From: Paracoccaceae bacterium
GTDB taxonomy: Bacteria; Pseudomonadota; Alphaproteobacteria; Rhodobacterales; Rhodobacteraceae
DNA length: 64,000 nt
Direction of reading: 5' to 3'
NCBI GenBank assembly: GCA_965219635.1
Contig: OZ244783.1
Coordinates: 2,521,983 to 2,585,982 of the forward strand
The position numbers and the translations under genes were made by a program. The notes beneath the pieces were generated by a model. That model did no database searches. It saw nothing but the letters and a program-made list of their open reading frames with translations, and had not been told where the DNA came from. Position 1 is the stretch's first letter. Each line of letters begins with the position of its first letter. Shown in pieces: positions 19,416 to 29,557 of this stretch.

Positions 19416-20051
19416 ATGAGCACAGCTGTCGAAACGTCGTTCGGGACTTGCGAATTCCTCCGTGGCAGTGCCGACCCCGGTGACTATCCTGCAACCAACC
19501 TCCCCGAGATCGGGTTTGCCGGTCGCTCGAATGTCGGAAAATCATCACTGATCAACGCCTTGACCAGGCGCAAGAAGCTAGCGCGCACCTCAAACACTCC
19601 CGGTAGAACCCGGGAAATCAACTTCTTTACTGTCGGCAGCAGCCATATTCTGGCCGATCTGCCGGGTTATGGCTACGCCCGAATGCCGAAGGCGGAGCTG
19701 CGGCGATGCAGCCTGTTGATCGATGACTATCTGCGCAATCGGGCGGTGCTGCGGCGGCTGTTCCTTCTCATTGATGCCCGCAGGGGGATTATGCCTGTCG
19801 ACCAGGAGTTCATGGGAAAACTCGGCCAAGTGGCGGTGGCCTTCCAGATCGTTCTGACGAAGACAGACAAGCTGCACCGTGATGAACTGAGCGAGGCACA
19901 ATTTCAGGTCGCTGAGCGGCTGGCCGAACACCCTGCGGCACTGCCAACACTGATCGCAACCTCATCAGTCACGCGAGCGGGACTGGACCAATTGGCAAAT
20001 GAAATCGCTGCAATCGACAGCCTCCTGCCCGCCGGGGATGTTTGCAAATGA
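19416..20051 (+). CDS. engB: Ribosome-biogenesis GTPase EngB/YihA
   Basis: 211 aa. G1 GRSNVGKSS, G3 DLPGYG, G4 TKTDK. Confidence 0.9.
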   Translation: MSTAVETSFGTCEFLRGSADPGDYPATNLPEIGFAGRSNVGKSSLINALTRRKKLARTSNTPGRTREINFFTVGSSHILADLPGYGYARMPKAELRRCSLLIDDYLRNRAVLRRLFLLIDARRGIMPVDQEFMGKLGQVAVAFQIVLTKTDKLHRDELSEAQFQVAERLAEHPAALPTLIATSSVTRAGLDQLANEIAAIDSLLPAGDVCK

Positions 20052-20754
20052 GGCATAGGCTTACAATTGGCTTAGCGGCAGCGTTTCAGGGTTGAGGCGC
20101 CATATCCCTGCGGCACCGCCAGTCCTCGGCAAGTCCTGAGCGCCTGCAACTCCGGGACAGCTCCTGGAGGGAATTCCGAATGCCGCTCGGGGCATATCGC
20201 AGGCAACTATTGCTCAGGTAGCGGTCCAGTTTGGTAGCAGAACAGGCATTGCAGCCGCCTACAGAATTGCCTCGAAGCCGACCAAGCCTCAATCAGCTTG
20301 CTTGCCCTTTCTGTCAAACGGGTGCCGAACACGATCAAACATGGCGGATGATGTTTAGCAGCCGCCGGGTCATACGCCCGCCCGTGTTCAAGGCACTGAC
20401 AACTCGTGCCGCGGGTCAATGACTGCCGGTTCTGCCAAGCGTTGCTCGTCCATGTGGCAATGAGTTGAAACGCCAGACCACAACCTCGCTCCCTGCAAAG
20501 CGCGAGTGCCCTCAGCCCGGGATCTCAGACTCACCGTATGAACAGAGGACAGCAAATTTGAGCCCCACATTCGCACGATATAGAGTTCGTGCATATATGT
20601 TGTTTACTTCGCATTAGTATTATGCAGTATGCGGTCCATGTTACAGTGCATTTCCGCAGCCGCCGACCGGCAAGCGAGGGTTCAGCGGCAAGAACAAGAC
20701 GAGCGCTGCTGGACTGACGAAGTCCTCGCTCGGACTATTCTCGAGACCGCCACC

Positions 20755-20852
20755 GGTCAAGAGCGCAGGCAACGCTCCTCGGTTCCCCGATACGGGTTCC
20801 GGACAGCACATTGCGGTCAAGTGTCAGTCAATAGGGTCAAGACGGTCAAGAG
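20755..20852 (+). repeat. Four direct copies of GGTCAAG (two as GGTCAAGAG) upstream of the mini-autotransporter gene
   Basis: Heptamers at 20755, 20815, 20835 and 20844, read directly from the sequence. They lie 220-320 nt upstream of the probable start at 21074, downstream of an AT-rich stretch at about 20575-20630. Function unknown. Confidence 0.3.
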
Positions 20853-21073
20853 TGTTGAACTACTCGACCCCGATTCAATCTTCACCAATCAGAGTGTTTC
20901 ACAAGATGAATAGTACAGGCTCATTCCGTAACACCAGCCTTGCCGCGACCAGCACCACAGCCCTTGCCCTCTTTACCCGCTACCTCTCCTTGAACACAGG
21001 TCAGGTTACATCTGCCATTGGCAAGGCGATCCCTACAGTTCACCACAAACCCAAAATTGCTGCTGGCATTAAA

Positions 21074-23677
21074 ATGCAAGAAAGCGACTCGCCTTTCCTC
21101 CTGAGAGTTGCTGGCCGGATCAGGAAGTTCATCTCATGGTCCGGTTCGGCTCTGGCGCTCGGCACGGCGGTGCTGTTGGTAGGATCACCGGCCACCGAGG
21201 CGGGAACGCTGACTTTTACCTTTACCGATGACGGCACAACCATCACCATCACCGCATCGGGAAGTTTGGATATCGAGAATATACCCAGCAGAGCAGGCCT
21301 CGAGCCCAATATTGGTTCAAGCTTAGTCGGGATCGGTTTCGATTTGCCGGAAGGGCAAGGAATTGCGTCCGCAATCTTTCCTTCTCGGCACATGTCCTAC
21401 TCTAGGTATTTGCCCATTAGTGCTACTGTCAGCGGTCTGAACACTTTCACCGGGGACGATGTTGTAAACAATGTGCCCTCATTCGAGGGAGGATTCTATG
21501 TTTGGGTTGAAGCAGGCGCTCTTGAGCTTGATAACGAGCACATCAACGATGCCGGAACGACTTACGATCCTACCGGCGAGGAGGTCACCCTCACGGGCAC
21601 ACTGACCACTGTCTTTGAAGACAATGACTTCCATGTAGAGCACGCGTTCGGCAACCAAAAGATTGTATTCCGAACGCCGCCACTTGCCAAGCCGACCGGC
21701 TTGACAGCAACGCCTGGCGACGGCCAGATAACCTTAGACTGGACGAACCCGATCAACAGTTCAATTTCAAAATATCAGTACCAACTGAAGGCCGGGAGCG
21801 GCGAATACGGAAACTGGGAGGACATAGATAGTGATGCCTTCACCACCAGTTTCACCGTTGAAGGCCTGACAAACGGAACAGCATATACATTCAAGATCCG
21901 CTCAGCCAAAGAAGCCGAATTCAGCGAAGAATCGGACGAAGTCACGGCCGCGCCGGGGACACCTGAAGCTGCATTGCTGAGCGCTACCCGGTCTGAAGAC
22001 ACCCCGCAGGTTGCCCTGTCATGGACGCTCGCCGAAAATCCTACCATCACCAAGTGGCAATACCAGCAGCGCGAGGGTGAAGAGGCATTCGGTGATGAAT
22101 GGGAAGACATTCCAGGAAGCGGCGCGAAAACACGCAGCCATTCGGTCACCATACCGAATGAAGATGCCACATATGGCTTCCGCGTCCGGGCTGTGAACGT
22201 TGTCGGCAACGGAGCGGCATCGAAAGAGGCAACGGTGGAACCATTGGCGGAAGATCCTCCGGAATTGTCGCTTGAGAATGAACGGAAGGTTCTCAGGACC
22301 GCGCTTGCGAGTATAGGTCAGGCAACGATTGCCGGAACAAGTGATGCGATTGATGAGCGGCTGAAATCGCAACCGGCCACAAGTGCCTTGAGTTTGGGCG
22401 GGCACGAAGTGGCCAGCGAAGCATCCTTGAAGGACTCATTTGTTGATACGGAAACAGGAGACTGGTGGACGAGCAACCGCTCCTTGAACAAATACCAACG
22501 TACGATTGGCGATGCCGAGATGCTGGACGGCTCCGCCTTTACCCTGTCCTTGAGCGGAGAGGATGCCGACGACAGCAACAATGGTTGGACAATCTGGAGC
22601 CGCAGCGAGTTTCGGAGTTTCGAAGGGAAGACAGGGCAGAATGGCTGGGACGGCTCAATCAGGTCAACATGGCTCGGATTTGACACTTGGGCAGACGAGC
22701 GCCTGCTTGCCGGTCTTGCCGTATCCAGGAACCGCGGCAAGACTGACCTCGTTTCGGATCAAGTGACCAGCCTTGTTGAAACTTCCCTGACAGCCGCTTG
22801 GCCGTACTTTCAGATGACCATGCCGAACGGGACCGGGACAGTTCGGGCCGTGCTCGGAGTAGGCAGCGGCGAAGCAAAGCATCATGCTGCCGAAGGCAAG
22901 ACCGAAAGAGCCGGCCTGTCAATGAAGGCAGCATCAATCGCCGCCCGCTGGGCCGTGTCGAGGCAAGGGAAAGTGACGCTGTCGGTACCGATTGAAGCGG
23001 AAGTGGTGCAACTCAAGACCCAGGGTGATTCAGCGACGGTGATTGGGGGACACTCGGTGAAGAGTTGGCGAGCGAGCAGTGGTGTGGAATTTGCTCATGC
23101 TGGCGTCCCGCTTTCAGACTCCGGTTGGACTCTCTTGCCACGCGGCTCAATGTTGTTCCGGTGGGATGGCGGCAACGGGGTGACAGGCAAGGGTATTGAG
23201 GTGAGCGGCGGTTTTGGTCTGCATGCTCCACACTCCCGCCTGAGCCTGGATGCCAGTGGACATTGGTTGGCTACCCACTCGGACAGTAGCCAGCGCGAAT
23301 GGGGAGCCAGCATCGGCGTACTGCTTGCGCCGGACTCCCGAGGCCGCGGATGGTCGGCCTCGCTTCGCCAGGAATGGGGCTTGCAGGAGGAGGACGCACT
23401 GTCAAGCTACACGCTGTTTCAGCATGACGCCGCCGGGTCGGCTCCGGCTCACGGTTCTCTGGCGGCTCGGGCAGGCTACGGATTCGGGATGATGAAGGGA
23501 TTGCTCACAGTATCTGCCGATGCCAGACTGGCAACGGGCGAGGAGGAAGTTCCTCACTATGGTGCCGGTGTCGAATTCGCACTACCGGGCGGCTTGTCTG
23601 CCTCACTGAGGGGCGAGCATATTGATGACACAGACCCCGATGCCCGCATTGAGGCAGGCGTGCACTTTCGATTCTGA
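21074..23677 (+). CDS. Autotransporter outer-membrane protein: N-terminal head domain + 2 FN3 modules + C-terminal beta-barrel ('mini' paralogue of the giant adhesin)
   Basis: The ORF track starts at 20852 (GTG). ATG 21074 gives MQESDSPFLLRVAGRIRKFISWSGSALALGTAVLLVGSPATEA, a plausible signal peptide. Two FN3-like modules (LDWTNP...YQYQLK...YTFKIRS; LSWT...WQYQQR...YGFRVRAVN). The C-terminal ~365 aa has alternating strands and ends GVHFRF. Confidence 0.85.
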   Translation: MQESDSPFLLRVAGRIRKFISWSGSALALGTAVLLVGSPATEAGTLTFTFTDDGTTITITASGSLDIENIPSRAGLEPNIGSSLVGIGFDLPEGQGIASAIFPSRHMSYSRYLPISATVSGLNTFTGDDVVNNVPSFEGGFYVWVEAGALELDNEHINDAGTTYDPTGEEVTLTGTLTTVFEDNDFHVEHAFGNQKIVFRTPPLAKPTGLTATPGDGQITLDWTNPINSSISKYQYQLKAGSGEYGNWEDIDSDAFTTSFTVEGLTNGTAYTFKIRSAKEAEFSEESDEVTAAPGTPEAALLSATRSEDTPQVALSWTLAENPTITKWQYQQREGEEAFGDEWEDIPGSGAKTRSHSVTIPNEDATYGFRVRAVNVVGNGAASKEATVEPLAEDPPELSLENERKVLRTALASIGQATIAGTSDAIDERLKSQPATSALSLGGHEVASEASLKDSFVDTETGDWWTSNRSLNKYQRTIGDAEMLDGSAFTLSLSGEDADDSNNGWTIWSRSEFRSFEGKTGQNGWDGSIRSTWLGFDTWADERLLAGLAVSRNRGKTDLVSDQVTSLVETSLTAAWPYFQMTMPNGTGTVRAVLGVGSGEAKHHAAEGKTERAGLSMKAASIAARWAVSRQGKVTLSVPIEAEVVQLKTQGDSATVIGGHSVKSWRASSGVEFAHAGVPLSDSGWTLLPRGSMLFRWDGGNGVTGKGIEVSGGFGLHAPHSRLSLDASGHWLATHSDSSQREWGASIGVLLAPDSRGRGWSASLRQEWGLQEEDALSSYTLFQHDAAGSAPAHGSLAARAGYGFGMMKGLLTVSADARLATGEEEVPHYGAGVEFALPGGLSASLRGEHIDDTDPDARIEAGVHFRF

Positions 23678-23987
23678 CAAGCGGACAGACCTGCGGCTCG
23701 GAGCAGTTGCAGCAGTCCACGGGCTTGGGTTCTCCTGCACCCTTGAACCGCTGAAGCGGTTGCCAGAGCACTTGCGACTGTAAGCACAGTTTTTCTCCTC
23801 GCCGACTTGTTGCGCTTGTTGTTCGCCGCTGGCTCTGCTTCTGACACTCTTCTGGCGGAACCAGTTCCTGGGCATCTGCCCTCGTTGCGACCTGGTCAGC
23901 AAATGACAATACGGCCCCGCGGAAGCAATCTGGGATGCATTCGCCGGCGATGGCGGATAGAAGGGACATCTTTCTGTAGCGACCCAA

Positions 23988-24851
23988 ATGATAAAGCAGC
24001 CCACCGTGAAGAAGCACTGGTTAGCCACTGCCCGGACGCTGTCCGAGGCCCTGCCCTATCTTCAGAGATATGACGGCGCCATCGTCGTCATCAAGATGGG
24101 CGGAAACGCCATGAATGACAGTTCCGTGCTCGAGGGGTTCGCGCGCGACATTGTTCTCATGAAACAGGTCGGTGTGAACCCGGTGATTGTTCATGGCGGC
24201 GGTCCCATGATCAATCGCACTCTTGAGCGGCTAGGCATCCAGTCGAGCTTTGTGGATGGCAGGCGGGTGACGGATAGCAGCACAGTTGAAGTGGTCGAGA
24301 TGGTGCTATCGGGCCTCATCAACAAACGCATAGTTCAAGCCGTCAACAGCCAGGGGGGAAGAGCCGTTGGCCTCTCCGGCAAGGACGCCAACCTGATGGT
24401 CTGCGATCTGGCATCACCGGAACTGGGTTTCGTCGGCATTCCCTCCCAGGTCAATCCTGGTGTCCTGAAGACGCTGTTCGACTCCGATTTCATTCCGATT
24501 GTTGCTCCATTGGGCGCAGGGCGGGATGGCACCACCTTGAATGTCAATGGCGATACGGCCGCAGGAGCAATAGCGTCTTCACTGAAGGCCGACCGCCTCA
24601 TGCTGCTGACTGATGTCGATGGCGTCAAGGACAAGAACGGCAACCTGATCACCCGCCTGACGCCGGAGGACATCAAGACGCTTCGGGAGGACGGAACCTT
24701 GCAAGGCGGCATGCTGCCAAAGACAGATACAGCGGTCGAGGCAGTCAAGAATGGCGTTCGGGCAGCTGTGATCCTCAATGGCACGATACCCAGCACTGTA
24801 TTGCTCGAACTGTTCACCGATCATGGAGTCGGGAGCCTCATCAGGGCATGA
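23988..24851 (+). CDS. argB: Acetylglutamate kinase
   Basis: 287 aa. [15 protein letters not shown] and [12 protein letters not shown] motifs of the amino-acid kinase family, ArgB type. Confidence 0.92.
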   Translation: MIKQPTVKKHWLATARTLSEALPYLQRYDGAIVVIKMGGNAMNDSSVLEGFARDIVLMKQVGVNPVIVHGGGPMINRTLERLGIQSSFVDGRRVTDSSTVEVVEMVLSGLINKRIVQAVNSQGGRAVGLSGKDANLMVCDLASPELGFVGIPSQVNPGVLKTLFDSDFIPIVAPLGAGRDGTTLNVNGDTAAGAIASSLKADRLMLLTDVDGVKDKNGNLITRLTPEDIKTLREDGTLQGGMLPKTDTAVEAVKNGVRAAVILNGTIPSTVLLELFTDHGVGSLIRA

Positions 24852-25549
24852 ACTGTGAGTGCCGCGCAACTGGGAGCGTCCAATGCCCCGGCCATGACGA
24901 AATCCAGGCGGCCGTAGAGGCAGCCGGACTACGGATCTATGGTGGATTTCATGCGGAAGCGGGCGACAACCTTCCCGGCGGGGGGCAGACGCTAATCATG
25001 CTTGGCCCGAACGAACCTGGTTTCTGGGGGAAGGTATCCCGGCAGCCGGAGTTTACTGACGGGCAGCCTCATCCGCTCGACCGATGGTCCCGGCGGGTCA
25101 TCGACAGGATTGCGACCGAATTCGGTGCCACGGCCTGCTACCCGTTCGGCGGGCCTCCCTGGCTTCCGTTCTTCAGTTGGGCACTTCGTACGGGACGGTG
25201 CTGGCAGTCTCCTGTTCGCTTCCTTGTGCACGAGGTCGCCGGATTGCATGTTTCTTTCAGGGGCGCTCTCTCTTTTGGCTCGAAGATCAATCTGCCGTTG
25301 GCAAATTCCACTTCACCATGCCTCGACTGCGCCGACCAGCCTTGCCTAGACTCCTGCCCTGTCGGCGCAATTGACGGGCAAAACTATGACTCTGCCTCCT
25401 GCAAGACACATGTTTCGAGCAAGGAAGGGCAGGACTGCCTTGATCGCGGTTGTATCGTGCGCCGGAAGTGCCCGGTCAGCGCTGCATTCGGGCGTTCAAC
25501 AGCCCAGTCCCGCTTTCACCAGCTTGCATTTATCAGAGGGGTGAACTGA
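24848..25549 (+). CDS. Cys-rich ferredoxin-like (putative Fe-S) protein
   Basis: 233 aa, ATGA overlap with argB. The C-terminal part carries [14 protein letters not shown] and [13 protein letters not shown] cysteine clusters resembling 4Fe-4S binding motifs. The N-terminal part is uncharacterised. Confidence 0.55.
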   Translation: MNCECRATGSVQCPGHDEIQAAVEAAGLRIYGGFHAEAGDNLPGGGQTLIMLGPNEPGFWGKVSRQPEFTDGQPHPLDRWSRRVIDRIATEFGATACYPFGGPPWLPFFSWALRTGRCWQSPVRFLVHEVAGLHVSFRGALSFGSKINLPLANSTSPCLDCADQPCLDSCPVGAIDGQNYDSASCKTHVSSKEGQDCLDRGCIVRRKCPVSAAFGRSTAQSRFHQLAFIRGVN

Positions 25550-25550
25550 C

Positions 25551-26048
25551 ATGCGCCTCATTGTCGTCCGGCATGCAAAATCCAGTTGGTCGCAACCGGC
25601 GCTGTCCGACCATGACCGGCCGCTTGCCCCGAGAGGAATTCGATCTGCCAACCTTATCGGCGCCTGGCTGGCCGAAAAAGGATACATGCCGCGCCACGTC
25701 ATGTGTTCCTCAGCCAGGAGAACGCAGGAAACCTGGAAGGGCATCAGCCGGCATGCCGAGGATCCTCCGATCCTGGACATCATGCCGAAACTTTATCATG
25801 CCGGCTTGAGAGGGCTGATTGGGATTGCCGCCACTGCCAAGGCTTCACCGGTCATGCTCATCGGCCACAATCCCGGAATAGGCGAATTTGCCAACTGGGT
25901 GTGTTCAGAGCCTCCTGGCCACATCGACTTCCGCCGCTATCCTACGGGTGCAACACTTGTCTGCGATATTGATCCTGCGGGCCTGTCCGAATTGACCCAA
26001 GCCACTGGCCTAGCTGTGGCGTTTACGGTTCCGCGCGACCTGGACTGA
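25551..26048 (+). CDS. Histidine phosphatase family protein (SixA-like)
   Basis: 165 aa. N-terminal LIVVRHAKS (RHx catalytic motif) and SSARRTQET, typical of the SixA/PGM branch. Confidence 0.75.
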   Translation: MRLIVVRHAKSSWSQPALSDHDRPLAPRGIRSANLIGAWLAEKGYMPRHVMCSSARRTQETWKGISRHAEDPPILDIMPKLYHAGLRGLIGIAATAKASPVMLIGHNPGIGEFANWVCSEPPGHIDFRRYPTGATLVCDIDPAGLSELTQATGLAVAFTVPRDLD

Positions 26049-26070
26049 AACACCGGCTCCCAGGCAAATG

Positions 26071-26856
26071 TCAGTGCCCGAGGATCTGGCTTAGAAACAG
26101 CTTGGTGCGATCGTTCTGCGGATTGTCGAAGAACTCCGCAGGTATGTTCTCCTCCACGATCTGCCCCTCATCCATGAAGATCACACGATTGGCGACCTGG
26201 CGGGCGAAGCCCATTTCATGAGTCACGCAGAGCATGGTCATGCCGTCTTCGGCGAGTTCAATCATGGTGTCGAGGACTTCCTTGATCATCTCGGGGTCAA
26301 GGGCTGATGTCGGTTCGTCGAACAGCATGATCTTGGGGCGCATGCAAAGAGATCTGGCGATCGCCACCCGCTGCTGCTGTCCACCGGACAACTGGCCGGG
26401 AAACTTGTAGGCCTGCTCCGGAATCTTCACCTTCTCAAGGAAGTACATTGCCGTTTCCTCGGCCTCCGACCGCGGCACCTTGCGCACCCAGATCGGCGCC
26501 AGGGTGCAATTCTCCATGATTGAAAGGTGCGGAAACAGGTTGAAGTGCTGAAAGCACATTCCGACTTCGGACCTGATGCGGTCGATATTCTTGAGATCCG
26601 ACGTCAGTTCCGTGCCCTCAACCATGATCCTGCCCTCCTGGTGCTCCTCGAGCCGGTTGATGCACCGGATGAGAGTGGATTTGCCGGATCCGGACGGCCC
26701 GCAAATGACGATGCGTTCGCCTTCGAATACCCTGAGATTTATGTCGCGCAGAACATGGAATGACCCGAACCACTTGTTCATGCCGGTGATTTCCACCGCG
26801 ATTGATTGCGAGTGGTCCGAGGGTTCGGTCTGCACAGCAGATGCGGCTTGCTGCAA
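26071..26856 (-). CDS. aapP: General L-amino-acid ABC transporter ATP-binding protein
   Basis: 261 aa. [32 protein letters not shown]. Last gene of the aapJQMP-like operon. Confidence 0.85.
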   Translation of the reverse strand: MQQAASAVQTEPSDHSQSIAVEITGMNKWFGSFHVLRDINLRVFEGERIVICGPSGSGKSTLIRCINRLEEHQEGRIMVEGTELTSDLKNIDRIRSEVGMCFQHFNLFPHLSIMENCTLAPIWVRKVPRSEAEETAMYFLEKVKIPEQAYKFPGQLSGGQQQRVAIARSLCMRPKIMLFDEPTSALDPEMIKEVLDTMIELAEDGMTMLCVTHEMGFARQVANRVIFMDEGQIVEENIPAEFFDNPQNDRTKLFLSQILGH

Positions 26857-26867
26857 TTGAATCCTCC

Positions 26868-28169
26868 TCAGTGATTTTCCGTCTGAAGTTTGCGCTCAAG
26901 ATACATGGAGTATCTCGACATCGAGAAGCAGCACAGGAAGAAGAGCACCGCCACAAAGATGTAAAGTTCCCAGACGATGCCGTTCCAGGCGGTGTCGGAC
27001 CTGATTGTATTCGTAAGGCCAAGCGGGTCCAGCAATCCGATTATCGAGACCAGCGTCGTATCCTTGAACAGGCCGATGAAGGTTGAAACGATCCCCGGGA
27101 TCGAGATTTTCAATGCCTGTGGCAGGATGACAAGCCGCATCGACTTCCAGTAGTCAAGCCCGAGCGCATCGCCTGCTTCGTACTGGCCTCTCGGCAACGC
27201 CGCCAACCCTCCCCTGATGACTTCCGCCAGATAGGCAGCGGAAAACAGCGTCACCATGATGACGACCCTGAGGATGATGTCGAAGTTGGTACCGGGCGGC
27301 ATGAAGATGTTCAGGAGCGTGGAAGCGACAAACAGGAGCGTGATGAGCGGCACGCCGCGGATAAGCTCAATGAACCCCACGCAAAGCGACTTCACGATCA
27401 GCAGGTCTGACTTGCGGCCCAGAGCAAGTAGAATGCCCAGTGGAAGGGAACAGACAATGCCTGTCACGCCGATGGTGACCGAAAGCATGAAGCCGCCAAA
27501 CCGCGCGCTTTCAACCGCCTCGATACCCATCGGAAGCACTGCGTGCGCCGTTTGTGCGAACCAGCCCGCAACGAAGATCCAGTAGAGCAGCGTCCCGGCT
27601 ACACCGCAGATCAAGGCGGCGAGCAGGCCCGCCCTGCTGGAGAGCGCTGCGATCAGGACATAGCCGACGACAAATCCGAGTATGACCGAAACGGGAAACC
27701 AGATGGTGCCTCCCCAGAGCAGCCAGTATCCGAGAAACGGGTAGATGGCGGAGAACCAGAGCAACTGGCGCGGCACGTTTGCGAACAGTACCGGAGACAG
27801 CGCCACCAGCATCAGGAGAAAACAGAGATTAGGACGCCAGTAGAGTTCTGCAGGATAGAATGCGTAGAGCATCTGCAGATAGCGTTCCCGGATGACGGCC
27901 CAACAGGCACCATGAGTGCCCTCGCCATAGGCTTCGGCAATAACCGTCCGGCATTCGGCCAGGGATACGGCAGTCCAGGAGGACTGAAAGATCCACGGAA
28001 CGATCCCGATCAGGACAAGCAGGATGCACAGCACCGAGACGATGGTGAGAGCGGAATTGAACCACCCGCTGAAGAGGTTTGCCCGCATCCAGCCGACAAC
28101 ACCAACGTCTGACAGCGGCGGTGGCCGTTCCGCCACCAGTTCCGTACGTACAAATCCTTGCCCTGCCAC
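26868..28169 (-). CDS. aapM: General L-amino-acid ABC transporter permease
   Basis: 433 aa, long N-terminal multi-TM extension plus a HisM/GlnP-type core (EAGDALGL...LPQALK). Confidence 0.8.
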   Translation of the reverse strand: MAGQGFVRTELVAERPPPLSDVGVVGWMRANLFSGWFNSALTIVSVLCILLVLIGIVPWIFQSSWTAVSLAECRTVIAEAYGEGTHGACWAVIRERYLQMLYAFYPAELYWRPNLCFLLMLVALSPVLFANVPRQLLWFSAIYPFLGYWLLWGGTIWFPVSVILGFVVGYVLIAALSSRAGLLAALICGVAGTLLYWIFVAGWFAQTAHAVLPMGIEAVESARFGGFMLSVTIGVTGIVCSLPLGILLALGRKSDLLIVKSLCVGFIELIRGVPLITLLFVASTLLNIFMPPGTNFDIILRVVIMVTLFSAAYLAEVIRGGLAALPRGQYEAGDALGLDYWKSMRLVILPQALKISIPGIVSTFIGLFKDTTLVSIIGLLDPLGLTNTIRSDTAWNGIVWELYIFVAVLFFLCCFSMSRYSMYLERKLQTENH

Positions 28170-28170
28170 C

Positions 28171-29424
28171 TCAGCGCTCCTTCAGTTTCACGCTGTTGTT
28201 GTACCAGTTGAGCACTGCCGATACGCTGAGAGAAATGGCCAGATAACAGGCCATCAGGAGAATGATCGCCTCCAGCGACCGTCCTGTCTGGTTCAACGTG
28301 ATACCGCCCAGTGTCCCGGTGACATCCATGTAGCCAACGGCAATGGCAAGCGAAGAGTTCTTGGTCAGATTCAGATACTGCGAAATTAGCGGTGGGATGA
28401 TGACACGCAGGGCCTGAGGCAAAATGACGAGGCTCATGGTGCGTCCTGGACGCAATCCGAGCGAATAGGCCGCTTCCGTCTGCCCCTTTGACACCGCCAT
28501 GATCCCGGCACGTACATTCTCGGCGATAAAGGCCGCCGTGTAGAGTGACAGGGCCAGCCACAGAGCAATGAGCGAATTGCGCATGTGAATGCCGCCCCGG
28601 AAATTGAATCCCCGCAATTCGGGATAGCCAAGCGTGAAACCCAGCAGGAACAGCAGCACGGCCACCGGCCCGGCGATAAGCAGCAACCGAAAGTGCCAGG
28701 TGGTGGGCCGGTCGCCGGTTGCTTCCTGAATCCGGTCCGCACGCTGCTTGACTAGCCTGGCGCCCCAGATGCCCGCCGCAAGCACGATCAGTATGGCCAG
28801 AAGATCAAGGCTGATTTCGAACAGGCCGAAGATCGACAAATCACCGAGGCCATTGGTAAATAATGGTTCCGGGACGTAAACGCCCCGATTTGTTATTGCG
28901 ACGCTGTCGCCAAGCAGCATTGAGGCGGCAGGGTCATCGCCTCTGAAGTCCGACGGCCTTGGCAGGGTGTCGATCAGTATCGCCATGAAGAACACGATCC
29001 AGAGGAGCACCGGCACGTTCCGGAACGCTTCGATATAGGCAGTCATCAGCCGCGAGACGATCCAGTTGCGCGAAAGCCGCAATATCCCGACAAAGACGCC
29101 GACGACCGTCGCCAATACACACCCCATCACCGCCACCAGAATGGTGTTCATCAACCCAACGACAGAAGCTCGCAGGTGTGTTGACCGGGACGTGTAGTCG
29201 ATCAGCCGCTGGTTGATGTCATAGCTCGCCGGCTGCGTCAGGAAGGAAAAACTCACGCCCTGCCCGAGCGCATTGAGATTCTGGATCGTGTTCGAGATCA
29301 GCCATGCAACCAGGAACATGAAGCCAACCAGCGCCACGACCTGAATCGTGATGGCGCGATAGCGCGTATCGGAGAGCAGCATGCCAAGGCGGAAGCCCTG
29401 TGCCGGCGGCGTCTTCTCAATCAT
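28171..29424 (-). CDS. aapQ: General L-amino-acid ABC transporter permease
   Basis: 417 aa, polar-amino-acid permease core (GQTEAAYSLGLRPG...LPQALRVIIPPL). 1-nt gap to aapM. Confidence 0.8.
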   Translation of the reverse strand: MIEKTPPAQGFRLGMLLSDTRYRAITIQVVALVGFMFLVAWLISNTIQNLNALGQGVSFSFLTQPASYDINQRLIDYTSRSTHLRASVVGLMNTILVAVMGCVLATVVGVFVGILRLSRNWIVSRLMTAYIEAFRNVPVLLWIVFFMAILIDTLPRPSDFRGDDPAASMLLGDSVAITNRGVYVPEPLFTNGLGDLSIFGLFEISLDLLAILIVLAAGIWGARLVKQRADRIQEATGDRPTTWHFRLLLIAGPVAVLLFLLGFTLGYPELRGFNFRGGIHMRNSLIALWLALSLYTAAFIAENVRAGIMAVSKGQTEAAYSLGLRPGRTMSLVILPQALRVIIPPLISQYLNLTKNSSLAIAVGYMDVTGTLGGITLNQTGRSLEAIILLMACYLAISLSVSAVLNWYNNSVKLKER

Positions 29425-29557
29425 GGCGTGCCGTTAGAGAACGCTTGTCAAAAAGGAAGCCGCGTGTCGCATCCGACAGCGGCTTCCACAACTTGTAATT
29501 GATCCTGATGTGATGACCAGGCATCGCACTGGCAGTGCCCAGTCATTCACCTGATGA

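Noticed and set aside
20629-20913. 94-aa ORF in the leader of the mini-autotransporter gene
   Set aside because: No RBS, an Arg/Gln-rich composition without motifs, and an overlap with the GGTCAAG repeat cluster. More likely non-coding leader.
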